Assembly (NCBI GenBank): GCA_965116025.1
Contig: OZ220480.1
Span: 1,376,001 to 1,440,000 of the forward strand
Direction: 5' to 3'
Origin: an uncultured candidatus Porisulfidus sp.
GTDB taxonomy: Bacteria; Pseudomonadota; Gammaproteobacteria; Poriferisulfidales; Poriferisulfidaceae
Length of the DNA: 64,000 nucleotides
Part shown: in pieces, positions 11,387-21,046 of the stretch
How positions within the stretch are numbered: position 1 is the first letter of the stretch
How the letters are laid out: each line of letters opens with the position of its first letter
Made by a program: the position numbers and the translations under genes
Notes under the pieces: generated by a model
Database searches by the model: none
The model's input: the letters and a program-made list of their open reading frames with translations, nothing else
What the model was told of the DNA's origin: nothing

Positions 11387-13039
11387 TCAGTCTCCGGCGG
11401 CGCGGCCCTTCAGCGCGAACAGCCCGCGCGGGCGCAGCTGAATGAACAGGATGATGAAGATCAGCACCAGAATCTTGCCGAGGATGGCGCCAGAGACGGG
11501 CTCCAGAAACTTGTTGACGATGCCGAGGCTGAAAGCGCCGACGATGGCGCCCCACAGGCTGCCCACGCCGCCGAACACGACGACCATGAAGCTGTCGACG
11601 ATGAAGTTCTGGCCGAGATTCGGGCTGACGTTGGAGATCTGGCTCAACGCCATGCCGGCGACTCCGGCGATGCCGGAGCCGAGCGCGAAGGTCAGGGCGT
11701 CGACTCGGCCAGCGCGAATGCCCATGGAGGCGGCCATCGAGCGGTTCTGGGTGACGGCGCGCATGTTCAGGCCGAAGCGCGAGTAGCGGATGAGCGCGGC
11801 CAGTGCCGCGACCACCGCCAGGCAAAACAGAATGATGCATAGGCGGTTGATCGTGATCGTCACGCCGGCGATCTCGATCGCGCCGGAGATCCACTCGGGA
11901 TTGGCGACCTCTCGATTGTTGGCGCCGAACAGAGAGCGCGCCAGCTGCTGCAGGATCAGGCTGACTCCCCAAGTGGCGAGCAAGGTCTCCAGCGGCCGCC
12001 CGTACAGGAAGCGGATCACTCCGCGCTCGATCAGCGCGCCCATCGCGGCGGCCACCAGAAACGCCACGGGTAGGGCGGCGAGCAGGTAGAGCCCGAACAG
12101 CTCCGGCGGGACGACGCTGCGGAAGATCTCCTGCACTAGGAACGTGGAGTAGGCGCCCAGCATGATCATCTCGCCGTGCGCCATGTTGATGACCCCCATC
12201 ACGCCGAAGGTGATGGCCAGCCCGATCGCGGCCAGCAGCAGCACCGACCCGAGGCTGACGCCGAACAGCAGGTTCTCGGCGATGCCGATCAGCCAGAGCT
12301 CGCGGTCGATGACCTCGACCGCGTCATGCAGGATCTCGCGGATCGCGGGGTCCGGCTCGGCTCCCTCCCGTAGACGGCGCTCCAGCAACGGGCGGAGCTC
12401 CGGTTCGGACGCCTTGGCCAGCCGGGTCGCCGCCGCCCGGCGCAGAACCGGATCGTTCGCTTCCAGCTCCAGCGCGGCGACGCCGATCTCGAGTCTGTCT
12501 CGAACGGTCTCGTCGGTTTCCTGATCGCGGGCCTGTTGGAACAGTTCCAGAGCCTGGGGTCCAGGGTTCTTGATCAGGTCGTTCGCGGCTTTGAGACGCC
12601 TCGTTGGCTCATCGCTGAATAGGGACAATCGCCCGGCGACGCGCCGGATCAATCGGCGCAGCCGGTTGTTGGCCTTGATCTTCCTCAGTTCGCGCGCGCT
12701 CGCGTCAGGCTCGGCGCGCCCGCTCGCCGCGTCCCGCACCGCGTATCGATCTCCGACGCGCTCCACGAGAACGATTCGGCCGTCCGAGCGAGCGCGCAAC
12801 CGGCCTTTGGATAACGTCTCCAGAGCCTCCAAGGCGCGCGGTCCACCCAGCGTTCCGAGACGCTCGACGGCTTCGGCCTTTTGCTGGAATTCTTTGGTGT
12901 CGAGCGCCTGCAGGACGACGCGGAGCTCAGCCTCGGTCGGCTCAGCCGCGGCTGGCATGACGGAGAGCGCCATCGCGGAAAGCGCGATGGCGCCGAGGAG
13001 TTTCCGTCCAGACGGGATTTCCGCCCTCAGATGGACCAT
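11387..13039 (-). CDS. urtB: Urea ABC transporter permease UrtB, long form with HEAT-like periplasmic domain
   Basis: GLAITFGVMGVINMAHGE, YGRPLETLLATWG, DSFMVVVFGGVG. Confidence 0.95.
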   Translation of the reverse strand: MVHLRAEIPSGRKLLGAIALSAMALSVMPAAAEPTEAELRVVLQALDTKEFQQKAEAVERLGTLGGPRALEALETLSKGRLRARSDGRIVLVERVGDRYAVRDAASGRAEPDASARELRKIKANNRLRRLIRRVAGRLSLFSDEPTRRLKAANDLIKNPGPQALELFQQARDQETDETVRDRLEIGVAALELEANDPVLRRAAATRLAKASEPELRPLLERRLREGAEPDPAIREILHDAVEVIDRELWLIGIAENLLFGVSLGSVLLLAAIGLAITFGVMGVINMAHGEMIMLGAYSTFLVQEIFRSVVPPELFGLYLLAALPVAFLVAAAMGALIERGVIRFLYGRPLETLLATWGVSLILQQLARSLFGANNREVANPEWISGAIEIAGVTITINRLCIILFCLAVVAALAALIRYSRFGLNMRAVTQNRSMAASMGIRAGRVDALTFALGSGIAGVAGMALSQISNVSPNLGQNFIVDSFMVVVFGGVGSLWGAIVGAFSLGIVNKFLEPVSGAILGKILVLIFIILFIQLRPRGLFALKGRAAGD

Positions 13040-13121
13040 GGCGTCGTTCGGTCCCGTTCTTCTTGGCGGAGTAGCCCGAAGCCGGACCCGCGGCTCGCGC
13101 CGCAGGTCCGGTCGGATAAAG

Positions 13122-14396
13122 TCAGAAGCGCGGCTTCTCGCAGTTTCCGCATACCCAGGGCCAGGTCCAGTCCGCGGTCAGCTTGGCGCTTTCCGGGATG
13201 TAGTCGGACCAGGCGTCGCCCGCGACGACCCCGTCCGTGGACCACACGACATCGAACTGCCCATCGTCCTGGATCTCGCCGATCAGCACGGGCTTGGACA
13301 GATGGTGGTTGGCGTTCATCACCGCCATGCCGCCGGTCAGATTGGGCGCGGTCTGTCCGTACATCGCCTGACGCACCGCGTCGATATCGGTCGTTCCGGC
13401 CTGCTCGACCGCCTGCACCCACATCTGGAAGCCGATGTAGTGGGCCTCCATCGGGTCGTTGAACACGCGGTTCTCGTCGCCGATGAACGCGTGCCACTTC
13501 TGGATGACATCGGAGTTGCGGTCGTCCTCGACGCTCATGAAGTAGTTCCACGCGGCCAGGTGCCCGACCAGCGGGCCGGTGTCGATGCCGGCGAGCTCCT
13601 CCTCGCCGACCGAGAAGGCCACCACCGGGATGTCCTCGGCCGCGACGCCCTGGTTCCCGAGCTCCTTGTAGAACGGCACGTTGGCGTCGCCATTGATGGT
13701 CGACACGACGGCCGTCTTCTTGCCCGCCGCCGCGAACTTCTTGATGTCCGACACGATCGTCTGCCAGTCGGAGTGCCCGAATGGCGTGTAGTTGATCATG
13801 ATGTCGCTCTCCGCGACGCCCCGGGCCTTGAGAAAGGACTCGAGAATCTTGTTGGTGGTGCGCGGGTAGACGTAGTCGGTACCGGCCAGGACCCATCGCT
13901 CGACGGATCCGCCTTCCTCGCTCATCAGATATTCCACGGCTGGAATCGCCTGCTGGTTCGGCGCGGCGCCGGTGTAGAAGATGTTGCGGGAGGACTCCTC
14001 GCCCTCATACTGGACCGGATAGAACAGCATGCCGTTGAGCTCCTCGAATACCGGAAGAACGGATTTTCGGGACACCGAGGTCCAGCAGCCGAACACGACG
14101 TCGACCTCGCGTCGCTCGATCAGTTCGCGCGCTTTCTCCGCGAACAGCGGCCAGTCCGACGCGGGGTCGACGACCACCGCCTCGAGCTCGCGGCCGAGCG
14201 CGCCGCCCTTGGCGTTCTGCTCGTGAATCAGAAACTCCATCACGTCCTTCAGCGCGGTTTCGCTGATGGCCATGGTTCCGGACAAGGAGTGCAGGACGCC
14301 GACCTTGATCGGCTCGTCGGCTCGGGCTCCCTCCAACGCCGCGAACGCGCCCGCGAGCAGGCACAGCGCGGCCATAAGATTGCGTACAGTTTTCAT
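13122..14396 (-). CDS. urtA: Urea ABC transporter substrate-binding protein UrtA
   Basis: Signal peptide, GVLHSLSGTMAISE, FGCWTSVSRK, YPVQYEG, TDYVYPRT. Confidence 0.96.
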   Translation of the reverse strand: MKTVRNLMAALCLLAGAFAALEGARADEPIKVGVLHSLSGTMAISETALKDVMEFLIHEQNAKGGALGRELEAVVVDPASDWPLFAEKARELIERREVDVVFGCWTSVSRKSVLPVFEELNGMLFYPVQYEGEESSRNIFYTGAAPNQQAIPAVEYLMSEEGGSVERWVLAGTDYVYPRTTNKILESFLKARGVAESDIMINYTPFGHSDWQTIVSDIKKFAAAGKKTAVVSTINGDANVPFYKELGNQGVAAEDIPVVAFSVGEEELAGIDTGPLVGHLAAWNYFMSVEDDRNSDVIQKWHAFIGDENRVFNDPMEAHYIGFQMWVQAVEQAGTTDIDAVRQAMYGQTAPNLTGGMAVMNANHHLSKPVLIGEIQDDGQFDVVWSTDGVVAGDAWSDYIPESAKLTADWTWPWVCGNCEKPRF

Positions 14397-14531
14397 TTTT
14401 TCCCCTGTTGCGCTTGGTTAAAAGCGAGAGGACCGCCCCGAGTCCCGGGAGAATTCCCGGCCCGCGACCATGGATCAAAGATAATCCCCTCTTGGCCGAA
14501 TATTCTAGCACGCCTCCGCGCGACGCGGCGA

Positions 14532-14876
14532 TCAGCGCTCCGCGATCGGGGTCAGGACCTCGCGGAAGAACGGTGCCCAGGCCGCCACCAGCCACAGCGC
14601 GAAGAGCGTCTCGATCCCCAGCGCCCTGCGCCAGCGCGCCCGCGCTTCCGCCGTCGAGTCGGCGAGTCGGACCGATGACATGAGGATGTCGAACAGCAGG
14701 ACGAAGAGCGTCAGCGGCGCGGCCGCGGGCAGGATCAGGGTCCAGACCAAATCCCAGCCCGCCAGGCTCAGTGGCTCGCCTGGATCGGTCGCGAGCAGGG
14801 CGAGAGCGGCGGCCAGCGCCAGCAACGCCATGCGCAGGACGCCGAGCTCGGCGACGAGCGCGCGTGGCGGAATCAT
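14532..14876 (-). CDS. Small integral membrane protein of unknown function, translationally coupled to sat
   Basis: Three hydrophobic segments; start overlaps the sat stop (ATGA). Confidence 0.7.
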   Translation of the reverse strand: MIPPRALVAELGVLRMALLALAAALALLATDPGEPLSLAGWDLVWTLILPAAAPLTLFVLLFDILMSSVRLADSTAEARARWRRALGIETLFALWLVAAWAPFFREVLTPIAER

Positions 14877-16057
14877 GAGGACTGGTAGTGCTCCATCAGG
14901 ATGCGGGCGATTTCCGGTCGCGCGAACTCGGGGGGAAGGTCCTCTCCGTTAGACAGCATCTCCCGCACCCGGGTGCCGGACAACAGCACGAAATCCTCTT
15001 TCGCGTGGTCCGGCGCGTCGCGCATCATGACCACCTTGTCGAGCTTCTTGGAATAGGCGGTGTGGTCCGCGCGGAATATCTCGATGTCCAGCGCTTCCTT
15101 CGGAGCCTCCTCGTCGAAGATGGTCTGCGCGTCGAACGCTCCGTAGTAGTCGCCGACTCCGGCGTGGTCGCGCCCGACGATCAGGTGCGAGCAGCCCGCG
15201 TTCTGGCGAAAGATGGCGTGTAGCGCGGCCTCGCGCGGCCCGGCGTACAGCATGTCGAAGCCGTAGCCGGTGATCATCACCGTGTTGGGGGGAAAGTAGA
15301 GCTCGACCATCTTGCGGATTGCGGCGTCGCGAACGTGAGCGGGAATGTCGCCGGGCTTGAGACGCCCGAGCAGCATGTGGATCAGCACGCCGTCGGCGCC
15401 GACCGCCTCCCGGGCGATCTTGCACAGCTCCTCGTGCGCGCGATGCATCGGGTTGCGGGTCTGGAACGCCACCACGCGGTCCCAGCCGCGCTCCCGGATC
15501 TCGTCGCGAATCTGGACCGCGGTGCGGAAGGTGTCGGAGAACTCGTCCGGGAAGTAGCTATAGTCCAGGACCTCGATCGGTCCGGAAACCAGCGTTCGGC
15601 CATTGTCGAGAAAGGTCTTGACGCCGGGATGGTCGCGGTCCGCGGTTCGGAAGACCTGCCGGGCCAGATTCTCGAGATCGCGCTCGGACAAGGTCTCGAT
15701 GGCCTCGACCCGCTGGACGGCCAGCACGGGCTGTCCGTCACGGTTGCAATCGCGCAGGGCGACGCGCGACTCGCCCGCGATGGCGGAGGCGTCCTGGGTT
15801 TGGTTGAGGACCGGGACGGGCCAGAACAAGCCGGATTCGGCGCGCGTCTCGCGCCCGACGCGCAGGGCGTCCGCGGCGCCCATGTAGCCGTCCAGCGGCG
15901 TGAAGTATCCGCCAGCCAGCATCACGGCGTTGGAGACGGCGGCGGAGTTGAGCGTCAGGGAGGGCAGGGATTCGGCTTCCTCCCGCACCGCCGCGGCGCG
16001 TTCCGCGCCGTCGACGATGAGCGGGATCAGCCGGTCGCTGGCGTAGGGCTTGATCAT
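14873..16057 (-). CDS. sat: Sulfate adenylyltransferase (ATP sulfurylase), sulfur-oxidiser type
   Basis: AFQTRNPMHRAHE, MLYAGPREA, IVGRDHAGVG, LSGTRVREML, PPEFARPE. Confidence 0.97.
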   Translation of the reverse strand: MIKPYASDRLIPLIVDGAERAAAVREEAESLPSLTLNSAAVSNAVMLAGGYFTPLDGYMGAADALRVGRETRAESGLFWPVPVLNQTQDASAIAGESRVALRDCNRDGQPVLAVQRVEAIETLSERDLENLARQVFRTADRDHPGVKTFLDNGRTLVSGPIEVLDYSYFPDEFSDTFRTAVQIRDEIRERGWDRVVAFQTRNPMHRAHEELCKIAREAVGADGVLIHMLLGRLKPGDIPAHVRDAAIRKMVELYFPPNTVMITGYGFDMLYAGPREAALHAIFRQNAGCSHLIVGRDHAGVGDYYGAFDAQTIFDEEAPKEALDIEIFRADHTAYSKKLDKVVMMRDAPDHAKEDFVLLSGTRVREMLSNGEDLPPEFARPEIARILMEHYQSS

Positions 16058-16202
16058 GGCGTTCGTCCGTGAATGAGGAAGCCGTATTGTACTGAACGCG
16101 GGGCGTCGAGATTTGGATGCGCTCGCCTCGCGAGACGCGATCGCGTTGAGATTCTTGAGGAGCGCGTCTCCGTCGCGTCCAGAATCGCGACGCTCGGGAC
16201 GT

Positions 16203-17666
16203 CTACGGATCTGGAGAGCTCGATCCCGACCGGCCGTAGGCGTCCTCGAACCTGCTGATGTCGTCCTCGCCCAGATAGGAGCCCGATTGCACCTCGATCA
16301 GTTCCAGCGGCTCCTCCCCGGGGTTCTCTAGGCGATGACGCGCGCCGCGCGGAATGAACGTGGACTCGTTTTCCGAAAGCGTGAACGTCTCGTCTCCCCG
16401 AGTCACCCGCGCGACGCCGCGCACCACGACCCAGTGCTCCGCCCGGTGCCGATGCGCTTGCAGGGAAAGTCGCTGTCCCGGATTCACGATGATGTGCTTG
16501 ACCTTGAACCGGTCGCCCTCGTGCACCGAGTCGTAGTGTCCCCAAGGACGATAGACCTTGCGGTGGTGCAGGCATTCCTCGCGGTCCGCCCGTTTGAGCC
16601 GCTCGACCAGTCGCTTGGCGTCCTGCGCCGCGTCCTTGCCCGCGACGAGCAACGCGTCGGGCGTGTCGACGATGACGAGGTCCTCGACGCCGAGCGCGGT
16701 CACCAGTCGGGATTCGGAGCGCGCGTAGACGTCGCGGGCGTCGAGCAACGCCACGTCGCCTCGGGTCACGTTGCCGTTCTCGTCTCGCTCGTCGGGCCCG
16801 GATAGATCCGCCAGCGCGGTCCAGGAGCCCACGTCGGACCAGTCCGTCCCAAGCGGCGCCACGGCCACGTCCGCGGCATGCTCCATCACGGCGTAGTCCA
16901 CCGAGATGGAGGGGGAGCGGCCGAAGGATTCCGCGTCCAGCCGCGAAAACTCGAGGTCGGGCGCTTTCCGCTCATACGCTTCCCGGGCGGCTTCGAGAAC
17001 GCCTGGAGCGTGGCGCTCGAGCTCCGCCAGGTAGCGAGACGCCGCGAAGACGAACATGCCGCAGTTCCAGTAGCAGTCGCCCGCGTCAATGAGTCGCGCG
17101 GCCTCGTCGACGGCCGGTTTTTCCACGAAGCGCTCCACGATTCGGGCCTCTCCGCTCGCGTCCGTGGGAGATCCCGCTTGGATGTAGCCGTAGCCGGTCT
17201 CGGGGTGGTCGGGAGTGGCGCCGAAGGTCACGAGCCGGCCCCGCGTCGCTTCCCGAGCGGCCGCTTGAACCGCCCGCGCGAATTTTTCAGCATCCTGGAT
17301 GACGTGATCCGTGGGCATCACCAGCAGGAGGGGGTCGTCATCCCTGTCGTTTTGGGACAGGGCTTCCAGGGCCGCGCAGGCGATGGCGGGAGCCGTGTTG
17401 CGGGCGACCGGTTCCAGCAGGATGGCCGCGGGCGTGATCTCGACATCCCGGAGCTGCTCCGCCACCATGAAGCGATGCCGCTCGTTGCAGACCACGATAG
17501 GGCGCCGCGCGCCGTCGACCGCGTCGAGCCTCCGCGCCGTGTCCTGCAGCAGAGTGCGCTCGCCCGTCAGGGCGATGAGCTGCTTCGGGTAGGCTTCCCG
17601 GGACAGCGGCCAGAGCCGGCTGCCGGAGCCGCCTGACAGGATGACGGGATGCATGGGGTCGCTCAC
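16203..17666 (-). CDS. manC: Mannose-1-phosphate guanylyltransferase / mannose-6-phosphate isomerase
   Basis: LSGGSGSRLWPLSR...PKQ, FVEKP, WSDVGSW, cupin tail YRPWG...LSLQAHRHRAEHWVVV. Confidence 0.96.
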   Translation of the reverse strand: MSDPMHPVILSGGSGSRLWPLSREAYPKQLIALTGERTLLQDTARRLDAVDGARRPIVVCNERHRFMVAEQLRDVEITPAAILLEPVARNTAPAIACAALEALSQNDRDDDPLLLVMPTDHVIQDAEKFARAVQAAAREATRGRLVTFGATPDHPETGYGYIQAGSPTDASGEARIVERFVEKPAVDEAARLIDAGDCYWNCGMFVFAASRYLAELERHAPGVLEAAREAYERKAPDLEFSRLDAESFGRSPSISVDYAVMEHAADVAVAPLGTDWSDVGSWTALADLSGPDERDENGNVTRGDVALLDARDVYARSESRLVTALGVEDLVIVDTPDALLVAGKDAAQDAKRLVERLKRADREECLHHRKVYRPWGHYDSVHEGDRFKVKHIIVNPGQRLSLQAHRHRAEHWVVVRGVARVTRGDETFTLSENESTFIPRGARHRLENPGEEPLELIEVQSGSYLGEDDISRFEDAYGRSGSSSPDP

Positions 17667-17796
17667 GAAACTTCGGGTCGTCGAGACGGGTGACGGGCTA
17701 GTGGAGGTGACGCCATCCCCTTCACGTGGTGGCGCGTCGCCATTTCTTCCGGCGACTCATCCGTCCGCGAGATCCGGCGCTTTTCATCTTCCTTAT

Positions 17797-18471
17797 TCAT
17801 GGTTGGTATTCCTCCAGAATCTTTGGTAATTCTTCTATAGTCAAGGCGGAGCTTCTTGGTGGAGAGGGCCGCTCGAAAGATTTCAGACGATTAAGCCGTT
17901 TTCTGCGATTTTCCAGATAATATTGACCATCGACGATGACCACTAAAACGATTCCTTCGTCACAACAGAGCATGAATCGCCTCATCAATTCGACCATTTC
18001 CTTATACTGACTGTCCTGATTGCCACCACCTTCCTTTGTGTATTTGTGCATGGCATAAAAAGTTTTGGTCCCGGTCTTCCACCTGAAATCCAGTGACTTT
18101 CCAGGCAAGGTTTTTCCCTCATGCTCGGTTTCAAGATTCCCGTCGCTGGTGACCTTCATCGCTTTTGAGCCATGGGAAGGTAGTACCTCGAACTCTTTTA
18201 CATCGGGCAAGCCGCGAATCCACTCTCCGGCAACTTTTTGATGTAAGCCTGTGCGTCTTGGCTCTTTAGCGAAGTGCGCGGCGAACATTTTGTCTTCTTC
18301 GATTTTTCGCAAGACCACTTCTTCCTCGTAGCCAAACCGCATAGCGAAAGTCGCTACCCGAGCCAGCAATCGATCAGCCTTATCGCGGATCTCACCATGA
18401 ATATCCTCTTGCGACTGTTTCCACAGTTTTCGCTCAATCGCCTCGTAGTCTGGAGGTGGCCTATCCCACAT
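17797..18471 (-). CDS. Putative restriction endonuclease (PD-(D/E)xK-like), partner of the adjacent methyltransferase
   Basis: Overlaps the MTase 3' end, visibly lower GC, KSLDF...MHKYTKEGGGNQDSQ resembles a nuclease core; the function is inferred from context. Confidence 0.5.
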   Translation of the reverse strand: MWDRPPPDYEAIERKLWKQSQEDIHGEIRDKADRLLARVATFAMRFGYEEEVVLRKIEEDKMFAAHFAKEPRRTGLHQKVAGEWIRGLPDVKEFEVLPSHGSKAMKVTSDGNLETEHEGKTLPGKSLDFRWKTGTKTFYAMHKYTKEGGGNQDSQYKEMVELMRRFMLCCDEGIVLVVIVDGQYYLENRRKRLNRLKSFERPSPPRSSALTIEELPKILEEYQP

Positions 18472-19396
18472 GATGGATGATTCCTCGAGCCAGCCCCCAG
18501 TCGCAGCGCCTGCGATACTTGCCGTCCTTTCTTATGCCCTTGTAGCAGGTCATCAAGACATCGAACGTTTTTTCTCGAAACCGCGCGAGAAATCCGTTCC
18601 AGTCCGCGATTCTGATATCCGTGCCCACGGAAAGCTTCGTGATGTGACGGCCGGTGGATTTGACGGCGTAGTCCGCCAGCTCGTCGACCTCGCAAAAACG
18701 AATGGACGCCTCTTTCGTATTGTCAAGGGCGATCAAGCCGACATTCCCTCGCGGATCATTGAAGACGACCCTCGCTCCGGACTCCAGCGGCGTGGGCCTC
18801 AACGCCTTGATTTCGGACAGGAGCCCTATTCGGCAAGCTCCGGACCAGACATCAACGTCGTCCACCGGGCTGGGCGCGAACAGCGCCAAACCTACCGGAT
18901 GCTTCGTGTCGGTGAACATTTCCGAGGTGAGGGAGACGAAGGATTGAAGCCGATCCTGAAAAAGGTTGGCCGTGATGAACGACTCCGGCACGAGCGCGGC
19001 CACATATCCGCAGTGATCGAGGCATCTGCGGAGAGCGAACTTGTACAGATTGTCGTAAGGACACTCAGGGAAATCCAGGCCCCGAGCCGTGGCGCTGTTC
19101 TTCGCGAGCCACGGAGGGTTGGTCACGCATGTCTTGAAACCCTCAGGAAACTCCTTAAGTGTGTCTCTGCGCCTTACGTCGCCCGCGGCCGGGGCGATAT
19201 CGAAAGACGCGAAACGCGCGCACAGTCCCATGCTGGAAAGCGTCTCGATAAGACTGTTCGAGCCGGCGAACGGCTCCAGAATCTCGCTGTTCGGCAATCC
19301 CGCCCTTTCGGCCCATTCCTCGAACGGCGAATTTCTGAACGGGTTTCCCCGAGTGAAGTAGCGGCCGGATTCGCGTTTCTCTTTGGAGGGCGTCAC
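18461..19396 (-). CDS. Amino-DNA methyltransferase (gamma-class motif order X-I-IV)
   Basis: GRYFT (motif X), ILEPFAGS (motif I), VTNPPW (motif IV), F(x)DT (motif VIII-like). Confidence 0.75.
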   Translation of the reverse strand: MTPSKEKRESGRYFTRGNPFRNSPFEEWAERAGLPNSEILEPFAGSNSLIETLSSMGLCARFASFDIAPAAGDVRRRDTLKEFPEGFKTCVTNPPWLAKNSATARGLDFPECPYDNLYKFALRRCLDHCGYVAALVPESFITANLFQDRLQSFVSLTSEMFTDTKHPVGLALFAPSPVDDVDVWSGACRIGLLSEIKALRPTPLESGARVVFNDPRGNVGLIALDNTKEASIRFCEVDELADYAVKSTGRHITKLSVGTDIRIADWNGFLARFREKTFDVLMTCYKGIRKDGKYRRRCDWGLARGIIHHVG

Positions 19397-19893
19397 GTCA
19401 TTGGCCTCCCGCCAGCGAGACCCTCGCTCTCTATCGCGATCAGGTTTTCCATTCCGAATTTCGCGTCAATTTTCAAGTTGGGGAGCTCGCTTGGCTTTTC
19501 GCCTCCACCGGAGCGGGTTTCGCTCCTCTCGGCCTGCGCGTTGGACTATGCGGGTTGCCAGCAAGGTCGCTTTGGGCCGCGTTCGCGCCGGGTCTCGGTG
19601 GCCAGTTGGTCGTGCGCCAATCCATGAAGCGGGCGCGCGGCATGCTTGTGCGGAAGCGTTCGCTGGACATCTCGCGGATCATATCGCCTTATTTCTTGGG
19701 CCGCGTCACGAGAGGTGGCGCGGCTTGGAGATTTTACGCTATCAGATCTTTTCGCGGAGCGTCTGGTCAGCCGCGCTCCGGCCGATATGGATATAATTCC
19801 CAGAATCTCCAGTCCTTAGTGGGTTCCGCACCGCTCTCGAACGCTATCTGGAGACCTTGCTCGATCACTGAACTTCCGGGTTGACCTCTGAAT

Positions 19894-21039
19894 ATGCCGC
19901 GTTTCGCTTCCCGCGATGGCCGCGCCGCTTCGGAGGCGTCCGTCTCCGTCGTGGTGCCGACGTTTCGCGAGGCGGAGAACATCCCCGCGCTGGCCGAGCG
20001 CGTCGCCGCCACGCTGTCCGGCGCCGGGCTCGAGTGGGAACTGGTGCTGGTCGACGACGATTCGCGGGACGGGAGCGAGGCCGTGGTCGCGGAGCTGGCG
20101 CGGCGCATGCCGGCGCGCATGGAGGTGCGCGAGGACCCGCCCCGAGACCTTTCCTTGTCGGTGCTTCACGGAATTCGAATCAGCCGCTTTGATCGGGTGG
20201 TGGTGATGGACGCCGATCTGTCGCATCCGCCGGAGCGCGTGCCCGACTTGCTGCGCGCGCTGGACGGCGAGCGTGACATGGTCGTGGGCAGCCGCTACGC
20301 GCCGGGCGGACGCGTCGATGAGGACTGGGGGCTGTGGCGCTTCCTCAACTCTTGGGTCGCCACCCTGCTGGCCCGCCCGCTCGTCACCTGCTCGGATCCG
20401 ATGTCCGGGTTTTTCGCGCTGGACCGCCGCGCGCTTCCGGACCTCGAGTCCCTGCGCCCGACCGGCTACAAGATTGGCCTTGAACTCATGGTGCGCGGGC
20501 GGTTGCGGGTAGGAGAGGTTCCGATCGATTTCTCGGATCGGTTCCGGGGCGCGAGCAAGATGAACGCGCGCCAGCAGATCAACTATCTCCGTCACCTCAA
20601 GCGTTTGTACCTGCACCGCTTCGGCGATCTGGCGCGCGCGCTGAGTTTCGGCGTGGTCGGGGTCAGCGGCTTCGTCGTCGACCTCGCCTTCTATCTGGGC
20701 CTGCAGGCGCTGGGCGTCGAGCACCGCTTGGCGCGCTTCCTGTCGTTCTGGCCCGCGGTCAGCTGGAACTGGTGGCTCAACCGGCGCGTCACCTTCGACG
20801 ACCGCGTCCGGCAGGGCCCGGCGCGTCAGTGGGTCCGCTTCACGGTCGCGAGTCTGGTCGGCCTGGGGGTCAACGTTGGCGGCTATCTGCTTCTGACGAG
20901 TTTCGTGGCGGCGTTCGCCCGCAACCCGATACTCGCGTTCTTCCTCGGCGTCGCCTTGGGCGGTGGCGTCAACTTCCTGGTTTCCAATCTGTTCGTCTAT
21001 CGCCGCCGCGCCGCCACGTCGCCGCGTGAGGAGCGCTGA
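19894..21039 (+). CDS. Polyprenol-phosphate mannose synthase-like GT2 (DPM1-like) fused to a GtrA domain
   Basis: VVVPTFRE, VDDDSRDGS, VMDADLSHPPE, VGSRY, DPMSGFF, GYKIGLE, DRFRGASK; C-terminal GtrA pattern FGVVGVSGFVVD...NWWLNRRVTF. Confidence 0.9.
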   Translation: MPRFASRDGRAASEASVSVVVPTFREAENIPALAERVAATLSGAGLEWELVLVDDDSRDGSEAVVAELARRMPARMEVREDPPRDLSLSVLHGIRISRFDRVVVMDADLSHPPERVPDLLRALDGERDMVVGSRYAPGGRVDEDWGLWRFLNSWVATLLARPLVTCSDPMSGFFALDRRALPDLESLRPTGYKIGLELMVRGRLRVGEVPIDFSDRFRGASKMNARQQINYLRHLKRLYLHRFGDLARALSFGVVGVSGFVVDLAFYLGLQALGVEHRLARFLSFWPAVSWNWWLNRRVTFDDRVRQGPARQWVRFTVASLVGLGVNVGGYLLLTSFVAAFARNPILAFFLGVALGGGVNFLVSNLFVYRRRAATSPREER

Positions 21040-21046
21040 GGGTTCC

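Noticed and set aside
12570-14678. Long antisense ORFs (702 aa here, also 25890-27860 and 56595-58355)
   Set aside because: Typical high-GC shadows opposite well-supported genes
19400-19890. 490-bp intergenic region as an ncRNA or gene remnant
   Set aside because: Only a short hairpin and ORFs with no recognisable motif
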